64,000 nucleotides of DNA from an uncultured Dehalococcoidia bacterium (lineage in GTDB: Bacteria; Chloroflexota; Dehalococcoidia; Lucifugimonadales; UBA1127), in NCBI GenBank assembly GCA_951812285.1, contig OX638292.1, positions 614,774 to 678,773 on the forward strand, given 5' to 3'. The notes under the pieces were generated by a model that saw only the letters and a list, made by a program, of their open reading frames with translations, made no database searches and was not told where the DNA came from. The translations under genes were made by a program, and so were the position numbers. Shown one piece after another: positions 47,408 through 55,479 of the stretch. How positions within the stretch are numbered: position 1 is the stretch's first letter; every line of letters begins with the position of its first letter.

Positions 47408-49710
47408 TGACGACGGTAGAAGAGCGCAACTACAAGGTCATCGGCACGCGGCCCATCCGCCACGATGGCGCCGACAAGGTCACCGGCCGCGCAATCTACG
47501 GCATTGACTTCCACCTGACCGGCGAGCTCTGGGGCAAGATCCTCCGCAGCCCGCACGCCCACGCCAACATCGTCCGCATCGACACCAGCAAGGCCGAAGC
47601 CCTCCCCGGCGTCCGCGCCGTCATCACCGGCCGAGACTTGCCCGTTGCCGCCGACATGGAAATCGACGACGGCGAGACCTCCCTCAACACCATGCACCTC
47701 TCCAACAACGTCATGGCCCACCGCAAGGCGCTCTACCGCGGCCACGCCGTCGCCGCCGTCGCTGCCGACAACCAGCACATCGCCGAGGATGCCCTCGCCC
47801 TCATCGAGGTCGAGTACGAGGTCCTCCCGCCCGTGCTCATCGGTCGCGATGCGATGAAGCCCGATGCCCCGCTGCTTCACCCGGAGCAGACCACCAAGAC
47901 CATGGCATACCGCTTCGACCCCGGCACGGACACCGGCGACAAGAGCAACGTCGCGGGCCGCACCGAGATGCGCCTGGGCGACGTCGATGAGGGCTTCAAG
48001 AACGCCGACGTCATCGTCGAGCGTGAGTTCACCACCAACTGGGTGCACCAGGGCTACATCGAGGCCCAGAACGCCACCGTCCTCTGGAACAATGACGACA
48101 GCATCCAGGTGTGGAACAGCAGCCAGGGCACCTTCAACCAGCGTCAGCTCATGGCCGAGATCCTGAAGCACCCCGTCTCCAAGATCCGCATCACCCCCCA
48201 GGAGATCGGCGGCGGCTTCGGCGGCAAGATCCCCGTCTACCTCGAGGTTCCCGCCGCCGTGCTGTCCAAGAAATCGGGCCGCCCCGTCAAGATGATGATG
48301 ACCCGCGCTGAGGTCTTCGAGGGCACCGGCCCCGCCTCCGGCTCGCAGATGGTCTGCAAGATGGGCGCCACCAGGGACGGGAAGATCACTGCCGCCTACG
48401 CCGAGCTCGTCTTCGAGGCCGGCGCATTCCCCGGCTCCGCCGTCGGCGCGGGCGCGCAGGGCATGTTCACCACCTACAACATCGAGAACGTCCTCATCCA
48501 CGCCTACGACGTCGTCGTCAACAAGCCCAAGTCCGCGGCCTACCGCTCGCCTGGCACCCCGCAGACCTGCTACGCCGCCGAGAGCGTCGTCGACGAGCTC
48601 GCGAAGAAGCTCGGCATCGACCCGCTCGAGTTCCGCATCAAGAACGCCGCCAGGGAAGGCGACCGCCGAGCCGACGGCGTCCAGCACCCCATCATGGGCA
48701 ATACCGAGTGCATGGAGGCCCTCAAGGCGACCGACCACTACAAGTCCGACCTCGGCGGCCCCAACCGCGGCCGAGGCGTCGCCTCCGGCTACTGGGGCAA
48801 CGCCGGCATGCCCGCCAGCTGCGCCGTCAGCATCAACCCCGACGGCACTGTTAGCCTCGCCGAGGGCTCGCCCGACATCGGCGGCTCCCGCGTCTCCCTC
48901 GCCATGATGACCGCCGAATCATTCGGCATCCCTGCCGAGGACGTCATTCCCAGCATCAAGGACACGGACTCCATCGGCTACAACGGCCTCACCGCCGGCA
49001 GCAGCACCACGCTCCGCAACGGCGTGGCCATCGCGCAGGTCGCCAAGCAGGCCGTCGACCTGATGCGCGCCCGCGCCGCCCGCCTCTGGGAGACCGACGT
49101 CGACAACGTCGACTTCGCCGACGGCGTCTTCTTCTCCAAGGCCGAGAGCGAGCTCAAGCTGACGTTCAAGGAGATGGCCGGCAAGCTCATGGAGACCGGC
49201 GGCCCCATCTCGACCGCCGCCTCCGTCGCCCCGCGCGGCGCGGGCCCGTCCTTCAGCACCCACATGGTCGACGTCGAGGTCGACCCCGAGACCGGCAAGG
49301 TCGAAGTCCTCAAGTACACAGCCGCCCAGGACGTCGGCGTCGCCATCCACCCCTCGTACGTCGAGGGCCAGGTGCAGGGCGGCGCTGCCCAGGGCATCGG
49401 CTGGGCGCTGAACGAGGAGTACTTCTACGACGGCGACGGCCGCATGGTCAACTCAAGCTACCTCGACTACCGCATGCCCACCAGCCTGGATCTGCCGGAC
49501 ATCGACGCCATCCTCGTGCAGGTCCCCAACCCGGACCACCCCTTCGGCGTCCGCGGCGTCGCCGAGATCAGCATCGTCCCGCCCCTCGGCGCGCTGGCCA
49601 ACGCCATCGAAGCCGCTGTGGGCGTCCGCATGCAGGAGCTCCCCATGGCGCCCCACAAGATCGTGAAGGCTCTCTGGGACAAGGAATCGGAGAGCAACGG
49701 AGCAGGCTAG
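47407..49710 (+). CDS. Molybdopterin-binding large subunit of xanthine dehydrogenase / aldehyde oxidase family
   Basis: 767 aa from the ATG at 47407 (TAATG overlap with the small subunit). GGGFGGK, AYRSPGTPQ, and GVAEISIVPP near the C-terminus. Confidence 0.9.
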   Translation: MTTVEERNYKVIGTRPIRHDGADKVTGRAIYGIDFHLTGELWGKILRSPHAHANIVRIDTSKAEALPGVRAVITGRDLPVAADMEIDDGETSLNTMHLSNNVMAHRKALYRGHAVAAVAADNQHIAEDALALIEVEYEVLPPVLIGRDAMKPDAPLLHPEQTTKTMAYRFDPGTDTGDKSNVAGRTEMRLGDVDEGFKNADVIVEREFTTNWVHQGYIEAQNATVLWNNDDSIQVWNSSQGTFNQRQLMAEILKHPVSKIRITPQEIGGGFGGKIPVYLEVPAAVLSKKSGRPVKMMMTRAEVFEGTGPASGSQMVCKMGATRDGKITAAYAELVFEAGAFPGSAVGAGAQGMFTTYNIENVLIHAYDVVVNKPKSAAYRSPGTPQTCYAAESVVDELAKKLGIDPLEFRIKNAAREGDRRADGVQHPIMGNTECMEALKATDHYKSDLGGPNRGRGVASGYWGNAGMPASCAVSINPDGTVSLAEGSPDIGGSRVSLAMMTAESFGIPAEDVIPSIKDTDSIGYNGLTAGSSTTLRNGVAIAQVAKQAVDLMRARAARLWETDVDNVDFADGVFFSKAESELKLTFKEMAGKLMETGGPISTAASVAPRGAGPSFSTHMVDVEVDPETGKVEVLKYTAAQDVGVAIHPSYVEGQVQGGAAQGIGWALNEEYFYDGDGRMVNSSYLDYRMPTSLDLPDIDAILVQVPNPDHPFGVRGVAEISIVPPLGALANAIEAAVGVRMQELPMAPHKIVKALWDKESESNGAG

Positions 49711-49713
49711 TCA

Positions 49714-50013
49714 GTGGCAACAGTGTGGATACCCAGTCCGTACCGTGACCTCGCGGGCGGCGCGCAGACCGTCGTCGTCCCCGGGGCCACGGTGCGGCAG
49801 GTGACCCGCAACCTCGACGCCGCACACCCCGGCTTCTGGGAGCGCCTCGTCGACGACGAGCGCGACCGCATCCGCGCCGGCGTCACCGTCGTCATCAACG
49901 GCATCTCCGTCGGCTACGCCCTCTACGAGCCCGTCGGGGAGAATGACGAGGTCCACTACCTGCCCGCCATCGCCGGCGGCGCGACGCAGCCCTACGGCAG
50001 CGGCATCCAGTAG
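49714..50013 (+). CDS. MoaD/ThiS/CysO-type ubiquitin-fold sulfur-carrier-like protein with a 10-aa extension after Gly-Gly
   Basis: 99 aa. GTG start 3 nt after the large-subunit stop. IPSPYRDLAGG...VVINGISV...DEVHYLPAIAGG followed by ATQPYGSGIQ. Confidence 0.7.
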   Translation: MATVWIPSPYRDLAGGAQTVVVPGATVRQVTRNLDAAHPGFWERLVDDERDRIRAGVTVVINGISVGYALYEPVGENDEVHYLPAIAGGATQPYGSGIQ

Positions 50014-50594
50014 CTCACCGGCGTGTCCAGCGGCAGGATCGGGTTCGGCTCGTCCAGGTAGATGTTGCGCCACCCCGGCAGCCGTTCGTGCATGCAGTAC
50101 CCCGCGAACGCCGCAACAAACGCGTCCGGCGAGTCCTCGTTGATCTCCTGGTCGCGCTTCGTCTCCCCGTCGAGCAGCCACAGCAGCGCCTTGGGGTTCA
50201 CCTCGGTGACGGGTATCTGGTAGTGCTGCCAGATGTCGGCGGCCAGCAGGTGCCCCTGCACCAGCCGTTCGCCGCTCGCGTAGCCGAGCTCCGGCACGGC
50301 GCTCGCCGGGTCGGGGTGCCCGCTCGACGCCAGCGCATCGCGGACGATGCCGTCGACGCGCCGGGTGCCCGTGGGCGCCCAGAACAGCGGCGCCGCGATG
50401 CCTATGCCGAGGATGTTCGCCTGGTCGTGGATGTAGTTGATGACCTTGCCCATGACCTCGGCCACGTGGTGGCCGGCGCCGCCCCGTGCGGGGAGCACGA
50501 TGTCGCCGAAGACCTCGCAGATGCTCCACCCAAAGCCGTCGGGCCCGCCGGGGTCGAACCCCAGCACGTAATACTTCTCGTCAAGCGGGAACAT
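49992..50594 (-). CDS. DUF429-like / RNase H-fold protein
   Basis: 200 aa. YVLGFDPGGPDGFGWS and GIGIAAPLFW resemble the DUF429 predicted-nuclease pattern. Its 3' end overlaps the convergent MoaD-like gene by 22 nt. Confidence 0.5.
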   Translation of the reverse strand: MFPLDEKYYVLGFDPGGPDGFGWSICEVFGDIVLPARGGAGHHVAEVMGKVINYIHDQANILGIGIAAPLFWAPTGTRRVDGIVRDALASSGHPDPASAVPELGYASGERLVQGHLLAADIWQHYQIPVTEVNPKALLWLLDGETKRDQEINEDSPDAFVAAFAGYCMHERLPGWRNIYLDEPNPILPLDTPVSYWMPLP

Positions 50595-50600
50595 GCGGCC

Positions 50601-51128
50601 CTACGGCCCCCCGCTCCAGCCGAGCCCCTGGATCAGCCCGCGGACGTACATCGCCTGGCCCGCGTGCTGCGTGTTGTCGCTGATGATGCTCGCGAGCCGC
50701 ACGCCGATGGTCGGCAGCGGTGTGTACTGCGGTTCGTTGATCTCCTTCTCCAGGTCCTCCGCCGATAGCGACCCGAGGACCTCCCTGGAGCGCTCGTAGA
50801 CCGCGTCGTAGTAGCCCTGCAGCGTCTCGGCGTCGGCGCGGATGGAGTCCACCTGCTCGACGGTGTGGCGCGTGCCCGTGTTGCTGATGTCCGCGGCCTG
50901 CCCGAACTTGGCGTGCCACCCGTCGGCCGTCCAGAGCTGCTCTTTGCCCAGCAGGTCGGACATGTGATGGTCCTGCACGCGGGTCAGGTGCCAGATGAGC
51001 CAGCAGATGGGGTTCGCGTCCGCCGTCGGCCGGTAGTAAAGGTACTCCTCCGGGAGATCGTTCAATACCCGCCGGATGGCGTTCTGGATCCTGCCCAGGG
51101 AGTCGGTGACAAGCTCTGTGGCTTCCAT
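50601..51128 (-). CDS. DinB-superfamily protein
   Basis: 175 aa. NPICWLIWHLTRVQDHH and NTQHAGQAMYVRG, the helical-bundle His triad pattern. Confidence 0.8.
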   Translation of the reverse strand: MEATELVTDSLGRIQNAIRRVLNDLPEEYLYYRPTADANPICWLIWHLTRVQDHHMSDLLGKEQLWTADGWHAKFGQAADISNTGTRHTVEQVDSIRADAETLQGYYDAVYERSREVLGSLSAEDLEKEINEPQYTPLPTIGVRLASIISDNTQHAGQAMYVRGLIQGLGWSGGP

Positions 51129-51480
51129 GTATAGCCTCCGTTGCCGATGGTCTGTGCTGCGCAGCCCTCAGGCCGCAAGTTGAGCCTGACGCTCGCGATT
51201 TGGGAAAGCATCGGGATTGTAGGGGCCTCTCAGAAGGGCTGTCAAACGGGCATTTCGCCCCGGGCCTGCCGAAAAGTCACCCCTGACACAGACCCTTTGC
51301 CCGTAACCATGAACTGCCTATACCCTTTCCTCATGTTTGACGGACTCGTGCTCCCCCAACAGCGTATTGCCACCTCATCGCTTCCGCCGGAAGTGCACTC
51401 GATCGCGCCCAGCGCTATGTGCCCACTTGTCTCACCGGCGTGTGTCCACACGTCATCCGTAGCGATTTTTCCTCCGGGGT

Positions 51481-51523
51481 TGCTGCTGAAGAAAATTTTT
51501 CGCGTTGTAGCTGAAATGTGCCG
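51481..51523 (+). repeat. Copy A of a 45-nt intergenic direct repeat
   Basis: TGCTGCtgaagAAAAtTTTTTCgcgTTGTAGCTGAAATGtGcC. The 14-nt core TTGTAGCTGAAATG at 51505-51518 is identical to 51673-51686. Confidence 0.7.
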
Positions 51524-51642
51524 TGTTAGCTACGAGGCGAGCGCGGTTGTTTTGGGCCGCATCCACACCTGGCTGCACGAGACCTCGCCGTCAAGATCCG
51601 CATCGACAATCGCCGTTGCTGCGACCCCCAAAGTCGGGAGGA

Positions 51643-51691
51643 TGCTGCCCCCAAAAAACTTTTTCAATGGGCTTGTAGCTGAAATGCGACA
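51643..51691 (+). repeat. Copy B of a 45-nt intergenic direct repeat
   Basis: TGCTGCccccaAAAAAacTTTTTCaatgggcTTGTAGCTGAAATGcGaC. The cores of the two copies are 168 nt apart. Confidence 0.7.
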
Positions 51692-51855
51692 CATTCCCTT
51701 CAAAACGAAGCAGGAACAACCTCCTCTCCCCTATCTGCCGCCGCCAGGACGAATCCCTTTCCAATGCCCAAACTCGAGTCGCTACCCGAGCGCGTCCACT
51801 TGCGCCCTCCCCGTTGAGCGGGTACGGTTCCGGGAGCACCGCAAGGAGGAGAGCA

Positions 51856-52242
51856 ATGCCGCAGAAGGAGATAATCGCGCCCGAGGCCCTGGGGCGCACA
51901 AACCCCAGCCTGTCGCCGGCCACCCGGTTCGGCAACATGGTCTACGTGTCCGGGCAGACCGGTCGCAACCCTGTTACCGGCGAGGTCGGCGCCGACGTGC
52001 GGGAGCAGACCCGCAACGTGCTGGAGCGCATCAAGATCTGCCTCGAGGAGGCGGGCACGTCGCTCGACAACGTGCTCACCGCGACGTGCTGGCTCAAGGA
52101 CGCCGGCGATTTCGCCGCCTTCAACGAGGTCTACAACGAGTACTTCACCCAGGACAAGCCCGCTCGCGCGACGGTGCAGTCCACGCTGATGGGCGCCGAC
52201 CTGGTGGTGGAGATTATGGTCACCGCCTGCATCCCCGACTAG
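51856..52242 (+). CDS. RidA/YjgF-family reactive-intermediate deaminase
   Basis: 128 aa from the ATG at 51856 (SD AAGGAGGAGAG). VYVSGQTG...ARATVQ...VEIMVTA. Confidence 0.9.
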   Translation: MPQKEIIAPEALGRTNPSLSPATRFGNMVYVSGQTGRNPVTGEVGADVREQTRNVLERIKICLEEAGTSLDNVLTATCWLKDAGDFAAFNEVYNEYFTQDKPARATVQSTLMGADLVVEIMVTACIPD

Positions 52243-52272
52243 CTGAAGGACCGCAATTCGCGAGAGGCAAGG

Positions 52273-52713
52273 ATGAGCGTCCACGATCACTTGCATGACG
52301 GCGAGCGCATTGAGTTGCAGCACCCGCCGTTCTACCTGACCAACCATCGGCTGCTGCGCAACGACGATGCGGACGGCGTCTTCCGCGAGATCCCGCGCAT
52401 CGGCATGACGGCGGTGGAGCGTGTCCACGTGACCGACCACCGTATCATGGTGATTGGCGTCGTCCTCGTGGTGAGCGGCGTGATTCTGACGCTGACGTGG
52501 GCGCCGTTCACGGCCTGGCTTGCCATAATCGCCGGGCTGGCCGCGCTGGTGATGGGGTCCAGGGGCAAGCTGGTGGGGCACCAGGTCGTCTCGCCGCGCA
52601 TTCCGGACTCGGAACAGCAACTGTGGCGGCTGCCCAACTGGGGCGCCGACAACTTCGTGGGCAAGCTCCGCATCATCGCCAACGAGAACAGCGGAGTCGG
52701 TCGTGAATGGTAA
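52273..52713 (+). CDS. Hypothetical membrane protein
   Basis: 146 aa with two central TM helices (IMVIGVVLVVSGVILTLTWAPFTAWLAIIAGLAALVMG). No family recognised. Confidence 0.5.
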   Translation: MSVHDHLHDGERIELQHPPFYLTNHRLLRNDDADGVFREIPRIGMTAVERVHVTDHRIMVIGVVLVVSGVILTLTWAPFTAWLAIIAGLAALVMGSRGKLVGHQVVSPRIPDSEQQLWRLPNWGADNFVGKLRIIANENSGVGREW

Positions 52714-52857
52714 CGCCGGCTTGCGCAGCTCCAAATCGCTCGCCCGGAATGTTCAGTATTGCCACGGGGCTCTTGTCGCAATGGGCAAGCCGTTGTACCT
52801 TCAATCGGCGCCCGGGAACACACCATGGGTGGGCCTTTGCCCGCCACGGAGGACCGC

Positions 52858-54009
52858 ATGATTCGCAGCACGGACCGCATTCGCGTAATGCACGCCGGCA
52901 CCCTGCCCAGGCCGCAGGAGCTCTTCAACATGACCCTCTCCAAGATGTTGGGTCAACCCGTGGACGAGGATGCTCTCACCAGCCTGGTCAGGGACGTCAT
53001 CCGTGAAAACGTCGGTTTGCAGATTGAGACCGGCATCGACAGCGTCAACGATGGCGAGGTGCACAAGTTCAGCTTTACCCACTACATCATGGAACGCCTG
53101 GGCGGAATCGAGCAGCGCAAGCCCAAGGACGGTCCCCCTCCTCCCGGTGTCAATGGGCGCGACGAAATCGACTTTCCCGGCTATTTCGACGGCAAGCCCG
53201 GCTTCACTGGGTCCGGTTCCAATCCCTCGGTCTTCGTGGTGGGGCCGCTCACGTACACGGGTCAGACCGCCATTCAGACGGACATCGATAACTTCAATGC
53301 GGGGCTGGTGGGCCACTCGCCTGAGGAGACCTTCCTGCCAGCAGTCACGCCCGGCACGGTCGAGCACTGGCTCGCGAACGAGTACTACCCCACGGACGAA
53401 GCCTACCTCTACGCCCTCGCCGACGTCCTGCATGAGGAGTACAAGGCCATCGTCGACGCGGGCTTCCTGCTGCAGATCGACGACCCCGACCTGCCCGATG
53501 CGTGGCAGATGTTCCCGGACATGACCGTTCCGGAGTACAAGAAGTTCGCCGAGTTGCGCATTGACGCGCTGAACCACGCCATCGGCGACATCCCGGAGGA
53601 GAAGATCCGCTTCCACACCTGCTGGGGCAGCTACAAGGGGCCCCACAAGCACGACATCCCCCTTGTGGACATCGTCGACCTCATCCTGAAGGTGAAGGCC
53701 GTCGGCTACTCCATCGAGGCATCCAACCCCGCGCACGAGCACGAGTGGACAGTGTGGCGCGACGTGAAGCTGCCCGACGGCAAGGTGCTCATCCCCGGCG
53801 TCATCGGCCACGCCTGTGACTTCATCGAGCACCCGCAGCTCGTGGCCCAACGGCTCCTGCGCTACGCGGACGTCGTCGGCAAGGAGAACATCATGGCCGG
53901 CACGGACTGCGGCATCGGCGCCCGCGTGGGCCATGCCAAGGTGTGCTGGGAGAAGTTCAAGGCAATGTCCGAGGGCGCCCGCATTGCAAGCGCGAAACTC
54001 TGGGGCTAG
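52858..54009 (+). CDS. Cobalamin-independent methionine synthase (MetE C-terminal domain)-like Zn methyltransferase
   Basis: 383 aa from the ATG at 52858 (SD GGAGGA). Putative Zn ligands in FHTCWGSY and AGTDCGIG. Tandem paralogue follows. Confidence 0.8.
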   Translation: MIRSTDRIRVMHAGTLPRPQELFNMTLSKMLGQPVDEDALTSLVRDVIRENVGLQIETGIDSVNDGEVHKFSFTHYIMERLGGIEQRKPKDGPPPPGVNGRDEIDFPGYFDGKPGFTGSGSNPSVFVVGPLTYTGQTAIQTDIDNFNAGLVGHSPEETFLPAVTPGTVEHWLANEYYPTDEAYLYALADVLHEEYKAIVDAGFLLQIDDPDLPDAWQMFPDMTVPEYKKFAELRIDALNHAIGDIPEEKIRFHTCWGSYKGPHKHDIPLVDIVDLILKVKAVGYSIEASNPAHEHEWTVWRDVKLPDGKVLIPGVIGHACDFIEHPQLVAQRLLRYADVVGKENIMAGTDCGIGARVGHAKVCWEKFKAMSEGARIASAKLWG

Positions 54010-54082
54010 GACCGGGCCACTGCAATGCAGCCAGGCATTTCCAGCCGCGTAGACGCTGGAATTGCACCATAGAGGAGGAGCC

Positions 54083-55234
54083 ATGATCCGTAGCACAGAC
54101 CACATCCGGACGATGCACGCGGGTACACTGCCAAGGCCGCGCGAGCTCTTTGACATGGTCGTGGCCAAGAGCCGCGGAGAATCGGTGAACGAGCCGGTGT
54201 TGACCGACACGATCCGCTCGGTCATCGCGGAGAACGTGGGTCTGCAGATAGAGACCGGCATCGACAGCGTCAACGATGGTGAGGTGAGCAAGGTCACGTT
54301 CACCAGCTACATCGGTGAGCGCATGGGCGGCATTGAGCGGCGTACCCCCAAGGACGGCCCGGCGCCTCCGGGCATCAACGGACGGGACATGCAGGAGTTC
54401 TCGGGCTACTTCGCGGCGCGAGGCGGATTCACGGGCACCGGTTCCCACCCGTCATTCTTCTGCGTTGGGCCCCTCACCTACACGGGGCAGGACGCAATCA
54501 GGGCAGACATAGACAACTTCAAAGCCGGGCTTCAGGGCCACTCGCCGGAGGAGGCTTTCCTGCCCGCGGTGACGCCGGGCACGATGGAACACTGGCTCGC
54601 CAACGAGTACTACCCCTCGGACGAGGCCTTCCTCTTCGCCCTGGCCGACGCGCTACACGAGGAGTACAAGGCCATCGTTGACGCCGGATTCTTGCTCCAG
54701 ATCGACGACCCGGACCTGCCGGACGGGTACCAGATGTTCCCGGAGATGAGCATTCCGGAATACCAGAAGTTCGCCGACCTCCGCATAGAGGCCCTGAACC
54801 ACGCCATCGGCGACATCCCGGAGGAGAAGGTCCGCTTCCACACCTGCTGGGGCAGCTACAAAGGGCCCCACAAGTACGACATTCCGCTGGCCGACATCGC
54901 GGACCTCATCCTGAAGGTGAAGGCCGTCGGCTACTCCATCGAGGCCTCCAACCCCGCGCACGAGCACGAGTGGGCCGTATGGCGCGACATAAAGCTGCCC
55001 GACGGCAAGGTCCTCATCCCCGGCGTCATAGGCCACGCCTGTGACTTCATAGAGCACCCGCAGCTCGTCGCCCAGCGGCTGCTGCGCTACGCGGACGTCG
55101 TCGGCAAGGAGAACATCATGGCGGGCACGGACTGCGGCATCGGCTCGCGGGTTGGCCACGCAAAGGTGTGCTGGGAGAAGTTCAAGGCAATGTCAGAGGG
55201 CGCCCGCATCGCCAGCGCGGAGCTCTGGGGCTAG
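54083..55234 (+). CDS. MetE-like Zn methyltransferase (tandem paralogue)
   Basis: 383 aa from the ATG at 54083 (SD GAGGAGGAG). Collinear with 52858-54009. The C-terminal half is nearly identical. Confidence 0.8.
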   Translation: MIRSTDHIRTMHAGTLPRPRELFDMVVAKSRGESVNEPVLTDTIRSVIAENVGLQIETGIDSVNDGEVSKVTFTSYIGERMGGIERRTPKDGPAPPGINGRDMQEFSGYFAARGGFTGTGSHPSFFCVGPLTYTGQDAIRADIDNFKAGLQGHSPEEAFLPAVTPGTMEHWLANEYYPSDEAFLFALADALHEEYKAIVDAGFLLQIDDPDLPDGYQMFPEMSIPEYQKFADLRIEALNHAIGDIPEEKVRFHTCWGSYKGPHKYDIPLADIADLILKVKAVGYSIEASNPAHEHEWAVWRDIKLPDGKVLIPGVIGHACDFIEHPQLVAQRLLRYADVVGKENIMAGTDCGIGSRVGHAKVCWEKFKAMSEGARIASAELWG

Positions 55235-55259
55235 TGGTCCCGTTGGGCGCGGACAAAAG

Positions 55260-55289
55260 GGAAGCGCCCCTCTTGTGAGGGGCGCTTCC
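55260..55289 (-). terminator. Intrinsic terminator downstream of tRNA-fMet (may also serve the convergent MetE-like gene)
   Basis: 13-bp stem GGAAGCGCCCCTC / GAGGGGCGCTTCC. On the minus strand it is followed by CTTTTGTCC. Confidence 0.7.
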
Positions 55290-55302
55290 TGTGGTGGCCT
55301 GT

Positions 55303-55377
55303 TGGTAGCGGGGGGAGGATTCGAACCTCCGACCTTTGGGTTATGAGCCCAACGAGCTGCCGCTGCTCCACCCCGCG
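55303..55377 (-). tRNA. Initiator tRNA-Met (anticodon CAT), CCA encoded
   Basis: The reverse complement folds as a cloverleaf: CGCGGGG-TG-GAGC-AGCGGCA-GCTC-G-TTGGG-CTCATAA-CCCAA-AGGTC-GGAGG-TTCGAAT-CCTCC-CCCCGCT-A-CCA. It has a C1:U72 mismatch and three G:C pairs next to the anticodon loop, which are initiator hallmarks. Confidence 0.9.
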
Positions 55378-55479
55378 ACGGTAGTCCTCAGTGGTGAGGG
55401 GTCAACAACTACTATACACCCTCCTGACCCCAATAGTCCACTGACACGGCGCCCTTGCGTCGACGATAGCCAGCCGCGT

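Noticed and set aside
45988-49710. Aerobic carbon-monoxide dehydrogenase (coxMSL).
   Set aside because: Gene order and domains fit the family. However, the large subunit lacks the CODH active-site loop (AYxCSFR), reading AYRSPGT instead, and no coxDEFG accessory genes are present.
51505-51686. CRISPR or tracrRNA remnant. The repeat core GTTGTAGCT resembles the start of some type II-C repeats.
   Set aside because: There are only two copies, 168 nt apart, with dissimilar flanks. No cas genes are present in the window. The spacing and length do not fit an array.
51141-52298. 385-aa ORF covering the 51.1-51.8 kb gap and ridA.
   Set aside because: It runs through ridA out of frame. The translation is Cys/Pro/Ser/Arg-rich and non-protein-like, and no SD precedes it. 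I treat the left part as non-coding, as described in the finding on its repeats.
52714-52857. Cobalamin riboswitch upstream of the first MetE-like gene. The sequence GGGAAcacaccatGGGTGggcctttGCCCGCCACGG superficially resembles the B12 core.
   Set aside because: The leader is only 144 nt. The GGTG-AA-CC and B12-box elements are not present in the correct arrangement. The second paralogue has just a 73-nt spacer. This needs cmscan to exclude formally.
55303-55377. tRNA-fMet as the attachment site of a genomic island.
   Set aside because: No integrase is present. I saw no direct repeat of the tRNA 3' end nearby. The flanking genes look like ordinary chromosomal genes.
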